64,000 nt of DNA. Source: a virus. Taxonomy: Duplodnaviria; Caudoviricetes. The DNA is taken from the IMG/VR virus record IMGVR_UViG_3300042327_001260, positions 64,045 through 128,044 of that record; one strand, 5' to 3'. The notes below the pieces were generated by a model. The model was not told where the DNA came from. It searched no databases and was given only the letters and a program-made list of their open reading frames with translations. Below are positions 27,354-37,108 of this stretch, piece after piece. Position 1 is the stretch's first letter. Each line of letters starts with the position of its first letter. Position numbers and translations under genes: made by a program.

Positions 27354-28940
27354 ATGAGAAATAACTTTATTTTAACTGAAGACGAAAAAAGAAGAATATT
27401 AGGTTTATATGAAACCCCTTCATCAAGAACAATTACAGAACAATACACGGGTAAACCAGGTGCGGGATATGCGTCAGTTGCTATTTGTAAACAAAATGTT
27501 CCTATGAATGTTGTTATGAATGCGGGTTTGAATTGGAAAACAGTAAGAGCCGCTTGGGGTTCAACAGGAACCGCACAAGATAATATGGCGCTTAGAAACG
27601 CGTTCTGTGATGGTTGGAGACCTGGCGATGCGAAACCAGGAGCTGCAGGTGGAGGTGTCGCGGGAGCAGGTGCCACAGGAGCCGCAGGTGCAGGTGGGGG
27701 TGCTACAGGTGTTGTTGCTCCCGATGGAGTTGCTCAATCGGCGGTTAGTCCTGATTGTATTAATTTGACAGTTTCAGGAAGTTTTCCTGCAAATGTTTCA
27801 TCTGATCCAAAACATATTACAAATTTCCTCAATAAGTTTATGGCACAGATAAATGCAAATCCACTATTACAATCGTCTTATAAGGCGGGTACTCTATATG
27901 TGGGAGGTATTAAATTAACAGGAGGGGCGAGTAACACATATGGTGGTCCTGTTGCCCCTGAAGTTGATAATAACTATAACCCGACAAGTCCGTCACCAAA
28001 CGTAAGATACACAGGGAACGCGACTAAAAATAAGGCATTAGCAGTTCAAAGAGCTAATGGTTTATATGCTGAGTTACAAAAACAATTACCGGCAATGAGA
28101 ATTAATTTCGGACCAAGTGTTCAACCAACGGTATCATCTATGATTGTGGATACAGGTGGTCGTCCCGATTCATCAAAAACCGCAGCGTATCCAAATCCTG
28201 GACAAATTGTAAAATGTGAAATCGATTTATGTGGTGTAAATGCCGGATCATCAACAGGAGCTACTCCAACAACCGCAACAACAGTTACTGATACAGGTTC
28301 AACTCCAACAACAGCAACAACAGTTACTGATACAGGTTCAACACCAACAAACTTAACTCAAATACAAGTTGAGATTCTTGATTGTTTTAAAGATGCTAAA
28401 ATACAAGTTAACTACACGGGTACCGGACATAAATGTAATTTTGCGGTTTATGAAATATTTGTTAATGGTGTAAAATTAAAAAGAACCACAGGACAAGATT
28501 ATGCTAGTTTAAATAATAAGGGCGATTTTGATAACGCTGAGAAAAAAGGTGAACATAGATTTAACACTTTTATTATTGATAAAATTACAGCAACGTCTTT
28601 TGTTAATAAGGAAAGTTTATACGCATATAAAGGAAATTTACAAATAGATGCCGTTTGTGTATTAAAAAATCCTAAAAATGCTGCAGGATGGAATGGTGGT
28701 GGAGGTTGTCACGATGGTGTTGGTGAGGTAATTTGTGATGTTAATGGTCAAGAATACTCAGAAACCGCAACGACTCCTGATAAGTATGGTGAGTCTTTAA
28801 CGTTAGCCAATTTCCCGGCATGTAAAGCACAGTATGAAAAATTAATGCAATCTGGAGGTTTAAATAGTTTAGGAAGTGGTACTACCGCAGCACCACAACA
28901 ACCAAAACAAAAAAGAGGATTATTCGGAAGAAGACAATAA
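27354..28940 (+). CDS. Leader-bearing protein with GWRPG motif, Gly/Ala linker, OmpA-like domain and Cys-rich C-terminus (start revised)
   Basis: Leader MRNNFILTEDEKRRILGLYE; GGAS...NKALAVQRANGLYAEL resembles the OmpA NxxLSxxRA motif. Confidence 0.75.
   Translation: MRNNFILTEDEKRRILGLYETPSSRTITEQYTGKPGAGYASVAICKQNVPMNVVMNAGLNWKTVRAAWGSTGTAQDNMALRNAFCDGWRPGDAKPGAAGGGVAGAGATGAAGAGGGATGVVAPDGVAQSAVSPDCINLTVSGSFPANVSSDPKHITNFLNKFMAQINANPLLQSSYKAGTLYVGGIKLTGGASNTYGGPVAPEVDNNYNPTSPSPNVRYTGNATKNKALAVQRANGLYAELQKQLPAMRINFGPSVQPTVSSMIVDTGGRPDSSKTAAYPNPGQIVKCEIDLCGVNAGSSTGATPTTATTVTDTGSTPTTATTVTDTGSTPTNLTQIQVEILDCFKDAKIQVNYTGTGHKCNFAVYEIFVNGVKLKRTTGQDYASLNNKGDFDNAEKKGEHRFNTFIIDKITATSFVNKESLYAYKGNLQIDAVCVLKNPKNAAGWNGGGGCHDGVGEVICDVNGQEYSETATTPDKYGESLTLANFPACKAQYEKLMQSGGLNSLGSGTTAAPQQPKQKRGLFGRRQ
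28263..28349 (+). repeat. Tandem 39-nt repeat encoding TPTTATTVTDTGS, about 2.2 copies
   Basis: Visible in both DNA and protein. Confidence 0.9.
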
Positions 28941-28958
28941 AATTTTATAACTAAATAG

Positions 28959-28989
28959 AAAAAAAGGGGGGTTATTAATCCCCCTTTTT
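28959..28989. terminator. Bidirectional terminator
   Basis: AAAAAGGGGGG-TTATTAA-TCCCCCTTTTT. Confidence 0.85.
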
Positions 28990-29578
28990 AATTATACATC
29001 ATTTTGATAATATCTTTATCTAATTCAGAATAATTTTGAGTCTCAGTCCACCCTTGATAAAAAATACTATCAACGTAACTAAAAGAGTCATTTCCAAAAC
29101 CTAAACATTGTGTTAATTCTTCTCTCAAAACATGTTTTCTTTGAGTGTTATTCCAACTTCTTTCGACATCAACAAAAGCCAATGACATATCAATTTCACC
29201 GTATTTAGGAAAGATAAAAAATAACCCCCAAGAATCCTCAATAAAACTTTTACTCATCGGATTAACTTTTACATAATCGTCAGGGCCTCCGAAATAAAGT
29301 CTAACATTTGCTTTAGTAATATCGTCAGTTAAGTAAAACTCAATTGGGTCTATTAAATCGTTTAATTCTTTTAAAATTTTAATAGTCTCATCCTTTAATT
29401 CTTGATTGCAGTTACCTTGGATTATAACATACACATCTTTTTTAAATTTTAATATTTCTTTATGTGAACTATATTCAGTACCCATAGTAATCTCATTAAA
29501 ATAAGAAACTACAGTGGTGTCCTGAGATAACCCTAAAAATCCTACTAATAAAAATAAAAGTGTTATTACTTGTTTCAT
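28988..29578 (-). CDS. Secreted DUF2927-like zincin-fold protein
   Basis: Signal peptide; HVLREELTQCLGFGNDS...SIFY. Confidence 0.75.
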   Translation of the reverse strand: MKQVITLLFLLVGFLGLSQDTTVVSYFNEITMGTEYSSHKEILKFKKDVYVIIQGNCNQELKDETIKILKELNDLIDPIEFYLTDDITKANVRLYFGGPDDYVKVNPMSKSFIEDSWGLFFIFPKYGEIDMSLAFVDVERSWNNTQRKHVLREELTQCLGFGNDSFSYVDSIFYQGWTETQNYSELDKDIIKMMYN

Positions 29579-29595
29579 GGTTTTTAATTATACAA

Positions 29596-29626
29596 CAAAT
29601 ATAATACATTTATTTTAAACTGCAAA
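29596..29626 (-). promoter_or_regulatory. Bacteroidota primary-sigma promoter
   Basis: TTTG-N19-TATATTTG. Confidence 0.8.
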
Positions 29627-29638
29627 ATATTTATTTAT

Positions 29639-29932
29639 ATGAGTGCATGGAAAGGATTTATAGATGAGTTAAATTTAACAGAAAAATTAGAAGAAATATA
29701 TTTCAGAATTAGGTTGGTTATTCAAAAAGAAGGGTGGTCAGATAAAGATTTAGAACGACCACCATACTACCCAAATGAATTAATGAGTTTGCATCATAAA
29801 TTTATGAATGAAAGAGATAAGTTACTTAAAACTATGGGTGATTATGGGTTTGATGTTGACTTAGACGAGTTGGTAAATTACCTTCAAGTTAAATTAAAAA
29901 AGATAGACGAAATAACTCCTTTAAAAAACTAA
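29639..29932 (+). CDS. Hypothetical protein
   Basis: 97 aa; TATTTAT 4 nt upstream. Confidence 0.8.
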   Translation: MSAWKGFIDELNLTEKLEEIYFRIRLVIQKEGWSDKDLERPPYYPNELMSLHHKFMNERDKLLKTMGDYGFDVDLDELVNYLQVKLKKIDEITPLKN

Positions 29933-29934
29933 TC

Positions 29935-30177
29935 ATGGCAATTAAAAAAACTGAAATTATAGGAACAAAAATTATTTGTGAGATTGAATCAAGTAATTTA
30001 GTAAAAACAGAATATGACACAGTCACTAAAAAAATGATAGCCGAATTTAAAAATGGCGTAAGATATGAGTATGATGATGTCCCTCATAACACTTATGTTA
30101 AATTTAGAATGTCGGATTCACAAGGTAAGTATTTTAATTCAGATATATCTAAAAAATTTAAGTATACAAAACTATAA
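29935..30177 (+). CDS. KTSC domain protein
   Basis: ESSNL...YD......AEFKNG..YEY.DVP...Y..F..SDSQGKYFN..I. Confidence 0.9.
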   Translation: MAIKKTEIIGTKIICEIESSNLVKTEYDTVTKKMIAEFKNGVRYEYDDVPHNTYVKFRMSDSQGKYFNSDISKKFKYTKL

Positions 30178-30204
30178 TCATTTTTCTAACTATTTATAAG
30201 TTAT

Positions 30205-30978
30205 ATGTCAAAAGATAAAAAAATTATAAATAGTTTTTATTTACAGGATGAATTAAATCCTGACGTTTGGATTTTACCAAATGAAAAATTCATGGGTGAT
30301 CCTGAAGGACAAAAACCAAAATTAAAACCTGAAATCAGAGAAAGACTTTTAAAGGCTTCAAAAATATTTATAGAATATTTGGATGTTGATTTTTTTGTAC
30401 AAGATATCATATTAATTGGTTCTTTGGTTGGTTATAATTGGAGTGAATTTTCAGATTTTGATTTACATGTTGTATATGACCCTAAAGACTTTGGTGATGA
30501 GAGTGAATTATACAGTGAATTGTTTTATCTAAAAAAAACAATTTTCAATGCTGCTCATGATATTAGAATAAAAGGGTTTGAAGTTGAGTTATTTGCACAA
30601 GATGTTAACGAAAAAGAATCAAGTGTGGGTAGGTATTCTGTTTTAAATGATGAGTGGGTTAGAATTCCAGAAAAAGAAAATTTCTCAATAGACGAAAAAA
30701 CATTAAAAGACAAGGCAAAACAATGGATGGATATTATCGATGGTGTTTTAGAAAACGCTGAGGATGAGGATCTTGAGGATGCAATAGAACTTGTTAAAAA
30801 ATATAAAGATAAATTACGTAAATATAGAACTTGTGGTTTAAAAAAAGAAGGTGAATTTTCTTATGAAAATTTAGTGTTTAAATTTTTAAGACGTAACGGA
30901 TATATATCTAAATTAGAAGATTTTAAAAATAAAATTACAGATAAAAAACTGTCGTTAGAACAAGAAAATTTTGAATAA
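30205..30978 (+). CDS. Pol-beta superfamily nucleotidyltransferase
   Basis: IILIGSLVGYNWSEFSDFDLHV (GS..DxD), VELFAQD, GEFSYENLVFKFLR. Confidence 0.85.
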   Translation: MSKDKKIINSFYLQDELNPDVWILPNEKFMGDPEGQKPKLKPEIRERLLKASKIFIEYLDVDFFVQDIILIGSLVGYNWSEFSDFDLHVVYDPKDFGDESELYSELFYLKKTIFNAAHDIRIKGFEVELFAQDVNEKESSVGRYSVLNDEWVRIPEKENFSIDEKTLKDKAKQWMDIIDGVLENAEDEDLEDAIELVKKYKDKLRKYRTCGLKKEGEFSYENLVFKFLRRNGYISKLEDFKNKITDKKLSLEQENFE

Positions 30979-31063
30979 AAGATAAATTACAAAATAACAA
31001 TATATTTATATAATAAAAAATTATACTAATGTAATTTAGTATTAACTTTAAACAAATTAAAAA

Positions 31064-32473
31064 ATGGCAGATTTAAAACCTTTAGGGAGTGAGAAATTAC
31101 AAGGAATGGATAAAATAAGAAGAATTCTTGAAATTTCTAGATATAAAGAGACTACCCCAAGAAACGAAAATATAAATGAAAGTGATGGTAGTACTGAATA
31201 TAGTACTAAATTATCTGATGGTTTTTACTATGGTATAGTAAGAGAAAATAGAGGATATATTTTAATGCACGGTGTAAAACCTGATGAATTAACTTATATG
31301 GATGAGTTGTTAGAGAGAAAACACTACCCATCATATTCACAAGCACTTAAAAGACTTAATATTATTGCTTCGGAAGTCAATAGAAATACAGGGTATTCGT
31401 ATGGTACCCCTTTGATTGGTGAACAATCAGAGCCAAAAAAAAAATTCATTTTAAAAACACCTAAACCTAATGTTGGTGGGGATTCACCTGCGCCGCCCGC
31501 AGATTTAGGGGCACCAATGCCACCACCACCTGCACCGCCCGCAGATTTAGGGGCACCAATGCCACCACCACCTGCACCGCCCGCAGATTTAGGGGCACCA
31601 ATGCCACCAATGGGTGGAGAAGAAGGAATGCCACCAATACCACCAATGGGTGGAGAAGAAGGAATGCCACCTGCAGATTTAGGGGCACCAATGCCACCAA
31701 TGGGTGGAGAAGAAGGAATGCCACCTGCAGATTTAGGAATGCCACCAATGGGTGGAGGAGAAGGATTACCTCCAGCGGATTTAGGAGTACCTATGGGTGG
31801 AGAAGAAGGAATGACACCAATGGGTGGAGAAGAAGGTGATGAAGGTGGTCCTGTAGGATTAAAAACTATCCAAAAATTAACAGGTAGACTAAGTCAAAAA
31901 ATAAGATCATTTGATAAGGATAAAGGTATGGATTCTCAAGACATAAAATATGTTGTTAATTCTATTTTATCAGCTATAGATTTATCAAAATTAGATGAAG
32001 ACGATAAAGAAGATATTTTAGATAAATTTGATTCTTTTGAGGATTACGGAATGGGTGAAGAAGGTGATTTAGATTTAGGTGGCGAAGATGAATTTGGTAT
32101 GGGTTCCGATCTAATGTCAGGTGAACCTGAAGGTTTAGGTGGTGAAGAATTACCTGCACCATCACCTGAAGAAACATTTGCAGAATCAAGAGTCGAGAAA
32201 GTTTTAACCAAATATTTTAAAATTAATGAAAATGAGAAACCAATCTTAGAAGAAAAAAGAAAAAGAGATTTTATAAATGAAAAAATAAAAAGAACAAAGG
32301 TAAGTAAAGAAATAGAAAATCTTTCTGAGACATCAAAACAAGAAATGGTTGCTAAAAAACTATTCTCTGAAAATACAAATATAAAATTTGTTGGTAAAAC
32401 AAATAAAGAGAATTTAGTTTTTTCATTAAAAGGTAAACAAATAAAAGTAACACCAAACGGTAGAATTTTATGA
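31064..32473 (+). CDS. Putative head-associated protein with Pro/Gly/Met-rich repeats
   Basis: 469 aa, upstream of the terminase. Confidence 0.85.
   Translation: MADLKPLGSEKLQGMDKIRRILEISRYKETTPRNENINESDGSTEYSTKLSDGFYYGIVRENRGYILMHGVKPDELTYMDELLERKHYPSYSQALKRLNIIASEVNRNTGYSYGTPLIGEQSEPKKKFILKTPKPNVGGDSPAPPADLGAPMPPPPAPPADLGAPMPPPPAPPADLGAPMPPMGGEEGMPPIPPMGGEEGMPPADLGAPMPPMGGEEGMPPADLGMPPMGGGEGLPPADLGVPMGGEEGMTPMGGEEGDEGGPVGLKTIQKLTGRLSQKIRSFDKDKGMDSQDIKYVVNSILSAIDLSKLDEDDKEDILDKFDSFEDYGMGEEGDLDLGGEDEFGMGSDLMSGEPEGLGGEELPAPSPEETFAESRVEKVLTKYFKINENEKPILEEKRKRDFINEKIKRTKVSKEIENLSETSKQEMVAKKLFSENTNIKFVGKTNKENLVFSLKGKQIKVTPNGRIL
31487..31840 (+). repeat. Nested coding repeats PAPPADLGAPMPPP and PMGGEEG
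   Basis: 42-nt units followed by about six MGG(E/G)EG units. Confidence 0.9.
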
Positions 32474-32889
32474 ATTTAGTTTATGTAAATGAATTAGGTC
32501 CAAACTACAAGGGTGATAATTTATATGAATTTATTTTTTCTGACGTTGACGATGTTTGGGGTGAAGATTGGGATGCTGAGCCGGCTGCCGGTAAACCTTT
32601 TCCTCCTGACGTAAACTATATAAAAAAAGTTGGTGTTTTAAAAAATTCAGAAATTAATTTAAACTTAATACAAAATTCTGATTTTTTTGGTGTTTATGAT
32701 GCGATAGATGGTGTGATATCATTGGCTTGGGAAAGATCAGATAGTGATGAAATTTTAATAAATAAAAGAAAACGATTGGTTTTTCAATACGGAGAATCTG
32801 TCGAAAGTGTTGAAAATAAATTATACGAGAGAGATATCGTATTAAAATGGGAAAAAAATTTAGTTAGTGATGAAGCATATGAATCCTAA
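32470..32889 (+). CDS. Hypothetical phage protein
   Basis: 139 aa, coupled to the upstream gene by ATGA overlap. Confidence 0.85.
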   Translation: MNLVYVNELGPNYKGDNLYEFIFSDVDDVWGEDWDAEPAAGKPFPPDVNYIKKVGVLKNSEINLNLIQNSDFFGVYDAIDGVISLAWERSDSDEILINKRKRLVFQYGESVESVENKLYERDIVLKWEKNLVSDEAYES

Positions 32890-33466
32890 AATGGCTTTCC
32901 TTCTAAAAGAAGGGGTTTCTATTAATACTCTTGAGAAAATGAATTATTCTCAGATTGGTTTATTATATGAAAAAATAAAAAAATCTAAAATGGAGCCCAA
33001 GGAGGCTATAACAAAAACAACCACATCAACCACATATAGTCAAGATGAGGTTAAAGGTAAAACCTTTACTAAAGATGAGGATTTGAATGTTACTCTTAAT
33101 CAAGACGGTACTGTTACAACAACAAAAGAAGGTGAAGTTACCGAAAAAGCAGTCTCTAAAAAACAAAGAGGATTAATGGGTGCCGCCTATTCTGTAGAAA
33201 AAGGAGATAAAAAACTAAAAGACATACCAAAAAGTTATAGAGAAAAAGTAAAAAATGTTGTTAATTCTATGACAAAAAAACAAGTTGGTGATTTTGCTAA
33301 AACATCGGACGACGAATTAAAAAATAAGAAAAAAACAACTGAAAAAGTTAATAAGGAAGATATTAAAAAACTTGAAGAAAGCATAATAAAATTAATTGAT
33401 AGTCACATTCACCCAAACATTACTAAATTTGAATTATTGAATACAATTAAAAAATATAAAAGATAA
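32867..33466 (+). CDS. Protein with DUF3008-like motif
   Basis: KAVSKKQRGLMGAA...KG...SMTKKQVGDFAKT. Confidence 0.65.
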   Translation: MMKHMNPKMAFLLKEGVSINTLEKMNYSQIGLLYEKIKKSKMEPKEAITKTTTSTTYSQDEVKGKTFTKDEDLNVTLNQDGTVTTTKEGEVTEKAVSKKQRGLMGAAYSVEKGDKKLKDIPKSYREKVKNVVNSMTKKQVGDFAKTSDDELKNKKKTTEKVNKEDIKKLEESIIKLIDSHIHPNITKFELLNTIKKYKR

Positions 33467-33469
33467 TGA

Positions 33470-35248
33470 ATGTCTTTATCAAAAGAACAAATATTATTAG
33501 AATATGCTAAATGCGTAAAAGACACACCATACGCATTAAAAACCTATCTACAAACATACGATAATACACAATCTAAATACGTACCATTAGAACTTTTTAA
33601 TGATCAAGTAACCTTGGTTAATGATTACGATTCTTCGGAAGAAAATATCGCGTTAAAATACAGACAGGCTGGCGTATCAACCGTAACCTCTGCATGGGCA
33701 TCAAAAAGATTGGTTTTTGCCCGTAAAGAGAAACCAGAAAAGATTCTTATCATTGCAAATAAAATGGATACTGCCGTTGAAATGGCGAATAAGGTTCGTG
33801 CTTTTGTTGAACAATGGCCTAAATGGTTAGGTGTTACATTTTCTGCCGAAAAAAATTCACAAAGACATTTTAAATTAACAAACGGTTGTGAAGTAAAAGC
33901 GGTGGCAACATCAAAGGATGCCTTAAGGGGATATACACCAACAATATTAATTTTTGATGAGGCGGCGTATATTAACGCAGATGAAGACTTTTGGTCTGCT
34001 TGTATGGCTTCCCTTTCAACAGGAGGTAAAGTGATTGTAATCTCAACACCAAACGGTTTTGATCCGATTTATTATTCAATTTATAGTCAAGCAGTTAAAG
34101 GTATGAATGACTTTAAAATTACAGAAATGTATTGGTTTAGGGATCCAAGGTATTCTAAAGATTTAAAACTAATTAAATGTAATGATATTGTTCATTACAT
34201 GCTTAATAGGGCGGATTATAAAGACAATGAAATAACCCTTGATTATTCAGATATTAAAGTAAGTGATAGGGATTTTCAAGAGATAAAGAAAAAAGTAGAA
34301 CAGGAAGGTTATAAGGCGTATAGTTCATGGTTTGAAGCTATGGCTAAAAAGTTAAAGTTTGATAAAAGAAAGATATCACAAGAACTTGAATGTAATTTTT
34401 TAGGATCAGGGGATAATGTTATTCCTGCAGAAACAATGAAAAAAATTAAAGAAAATTATATTAGAGAACCTGAGAATAAATTTATGGGTGGGGCTCTTTG
34501 GCAATGGAAAGAACCAATTGCCGGACATCGTTATATTATGGGTGTCGATGTTTCAAGAGGGGATAGTGAAGATTTTAGTACTATAATTATAATCGATTTT
34601 GATGATAGAGAACAGGTTTTGGAATATATTGGAAAAGTTCCTCCTGATATTTTAGCAGAAATAGCATTTAAATGGGCAACAATGTATAATTCATTTATTG
34701 TTGTCGATATTACCGGAGGTATGGGTGTATCTACCTCAAGAAAATTACAAGAATTAGGTTATAAGAATTTATATATTGATGGTATAAACCCTGCAGATAA
34801 ATGGAAATGGGATCCCAAATCACAAGAAAAGATACCGGGAATTAACTTTAACGCTAAAAGGGTTTTAATAGTTCAAGCCTTTGAGGAGGCATTAAGGTTT
34901 GACTTTGCGTTAAGGTCACAAAGACTTTTTAACGAATTAAACACCTTTGTTTATATAAACGGAAGACCTGATCACCAAAAAGGACAACATGATGACTTAA
35001 TAATGTCATTGGCTATGGCTATATATGTTGGTGAAACGTCATTTGCACAATTAGAAAAATCTACACAACAAGCAAAGGCGATGATTGATTCTTGGACAAC
35101 AGAAACTAACACATTTAAAGAATCTTCACAGAATTTTAATCCCGGATTACCCGTTGACCCAAACAATAATTTTGGGTACGGAAGGAATCAAGCAACTAAA
35201 AGTGATTATGAAAACTATTTATGGTTATTCGGTGGTAAAAGGGTTTAA
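33470..35248 (+). CDS. gp17: Terminase large subunit, T4 gp17-like
   Basis: KYRQAGVST, LIFDEAA, ISTPNG, QELEC.F, GVDVSRG and HDDLIMS motifs. Confidence 0.93.
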   Translation: MSLSKEQILLEYAKCVKDTPYALKTYLQTYDNTQSKYVPLELFNDQVTLVNDYDSSEENIALKYRQAGVSTVTSAWASKRLVFARKEKPEKILIIANKMDTAVEMANKVRAFVEQWPKWLGVTFSAEKNSQRHFKLTNGCEVKAVATSKDALRGYTPTILIFDEAAYINADEDFWSACMASLSTGGKVIVISTPNGFDPIYYSIYSQAVKGMNDFKITEMYWFRDPRYSKDLKLIKCNDIVHYMLNRADYKDNEITLDYSDIKVSDRDFQEIKKKVEQEGYKAYSSWFEAMAKKLKFDKRKISQELECNFLGSGDNVIPAETMKKIKENYIREPENKFMGGALWQWKEPIAGHRYIMGVDVSRGDSEDFSTIIIIDFDDREQVLEYIGKVPPDILAEIAFKWATMYNSFIVVDITGGMGVSTSRKLQELGYKNLYIDGINPADKWKWDPKSQEKIPGINFNAKRVLIVQAFEEALRFDFALRSQRLFNELNTFVYINGRPDHQKGQHDDLIMSLAMAIYVGETSFAQLEKSTQQAKAMIDSWTTETNTFKESSQNFNPGLPVDPNNNFGYGRNQATKSDYENYLWLFGGKRV

Positions 35249-35287
35249 TTTAAATTAAACGATACTACTTTTTAAAAAATATGTAAT

Positions 35288-37093
35288 ATGGCACAAGAAA
35301 AATATACTGTTTGGCAAAGATTAAGTAAGGCTTTTGGACCTAATTCAACTATGGATCAACAATCCCCTGTATTTAAATTTGACAAAAAAGAGTTATTAAA
35401 AACAACAGATAAGGGTGAGTTTGAAAAAGAAAAACTACAAGCTCAACAAACAATGTACATTGGTAAACAATGGCAGAAAGTGGAAAGTAATTTATACCAA
35501 CAAGCGGTATATTATGAACCAACAAGAATGGCTTCATATTACGATTACGAGTCCATGGAGTATACTCCAGAAATTTCTGCAGCATTAGACATATATGCAG
35601 AAGAATCAACCACCCCCGATCAAGACGGACATATATTAAAAGTTTATTCAGAATCAAAAAGAATAAAATCTGTACTAACAGATTTATTTATTAACAAAAT
35701 GGACATTAATACAAACTTACCTATGTGGACTAGAAACACCTGTAAGTTTGGGGATAATTTTATATACCTAAAGTTGGATCCTGAAAAGGGAATTGTTGGG
35801 TGTCAACAGTTACCTAACATTCAAATTGAAAGGTTAGAAAAAGGTATGAGATTTCAGCCTGACAAATATTCTCAAGAAATGGAAAACGATGCCTTGAAGT
35901 TTGTTTGGAAAGAAAAAAATATGGAGTTCAATACTTGGGAGGTTGGTCACTTCAGAATACTTGGAGATGATAGAAAACTACCATACGGAACATCGATGTT
36001 AGAAAAAGCAAGACGTATTTGGAAACAGTTATTACTTTCTGAAGATGCCATGTTGATATACCGTGTTTCAAGAGCACCTGAAAGAAGAGTATTCAAGGTT
36101 TTTGTTGGTAACATGGACGATAAGGACGTTGATGCATATGTACAAAGAGTTGCCAATAAATTTAAAAGAGATCAAATCGCCGATCCTAAAACGGGTAATG
36201 TCGATATGAGATATAATCAATTGGCGGTTGATCAGGACTTTTTTATACCTGTAAGAGACGCATCAGCAACAAACCCAATAGAAACCTTACCAGGAGGGAC
36301 AAACCTAGCTGAAATTGCGGATATTGAATATATTCAAAAGAAACTTGTGACTGCACTTAGAATACCTAAAGCTTATTTAGGATTTGAGGAGGCTGTTGGT
36401 GACGGTAAAAATTTATCACTACTTGACATTAGATTTGCAAGAACCATAAATAGAATACAAAAATCAATGATTGCCGAATTAAATAAAATCGCAATCATTC
36501 ATTTATTTTTATTAGGGTTTGAAGATGAACTGACTAATTTTACTTTAAGTTTACATAACCCATCAAAACAGGCAGATTTATTATCTATTGAATTGTGGAA
36601 AGAAAAAATAACATTATTTAAAGATGCCGTGGCACCAATACAAGATTCTGTAGCACCTGTATCGGCATCTTGGGCTAAAAAACATATATTAGGTTTCTCA
36701 GACGAAGAAATTAGGCTTGATTTACAACAACAAAGAATTGAAAGGGCAGTTTCTGCGGAACTTGGTAAAACTGCTGAGGTTATTACTAAAACAGGTGTCT
36801 TCGACAATATTGATAATCTTTATGGTAAAAAAGAGGGGGATAAAGGTGCTGATGCCGGAGGAGCTGGTGATTCGGATTCTGGAGGTTCTACACCACCACC
36901 GGCAGGAGGGGAAGATACCCCACCACCGGCAGGAGGAGCTGAACCACCAACAACGGAAAGATTGGTTAGAAGTGATTTAGATTTGTTAATAGAAGAAAAC
37001 TTATTTAGCGGTAAAAACTATATGGATTTATCAAAAGGAAGAAATTCTTTAATTGAAATGGACGATAGATTGAGAAATTTAATAGACAAGTAA
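35288..37093 (+). CDS. gp20: Portal protein, T4 gp20-like
   Basis: EDAMLIYRVSRAPERRVF..VGNM, DFFIPVR, IETLPGG.NL..I.DIEY.QKKL..ALRIP. Confidence 0.95.
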   Translation: MAQEKYTVWQRLSKAFGPNSTMDQQSPVFKFDKKELLKTTDKGEFEKEKLQAQQTMYIGKQWQKVESNLYQQAVYYEPTRMASYYDYESMEYTPEISAALDIYAEESTTPDQDGHILKVYSESKRIKSVLTDLFINKMDINTNLPMWTRNTCKFGDNFIYLKLDPEKGIVGCQQLPNIQIERLEKGMRFQPDKYSQEMENDALKFVWKEKNMEFNTWEVGHFRILGDDRKLPYGTSMLEKARRIWKQLLLSEDAMLIYRVSRAPERRVFKVFVGNMDDKDVDAYVQRVANKFKRDQIADPKTGNVDMRYNQLAVDQDFFIPVRDASATNPIETLPGGTNLAEIADIEYIQKKLVTALRIPKAYLGFEEAVGDGKNLSLLDIRFARTINRIQKSMIAELNKIAIIHLFLLGFEDELTNFTLSLHNPSKQADLLSIELWKEKITLFKDAVAPIQDSVAPVSASWAKKHILGFSDEEIRLDLQQQRIERAVSAELGKTAEVITKTGVFDNIDNLYGKKEGDKGADAGGAGDSDSGGSTPPPAGGEDTPPPAGGAEPPTTERLVRSDLDLLIEENLFSGKNYMDLSKGRNSLIEMDDRLRNLIDK

Positions 37094-37108
37094 TATTTAT
37101 AATAAAAA

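Noticed and set aside
31467-31748. Repetitive hydrophobic minus-strand ORF, or a CRISPR-like array
   Set aside because: Shadow of the Pro-rich coding repeat, with no unique spacers. I saw no CRISPR array in the window.
33650-33690. Terminase Walker A lacking the usual Lys (RQAGVST) as a sign of inactivation
   Set aside because: An upstream Lys (KYRQ) is present, as in deviant terminase P-loops, and all other motifs are intact.
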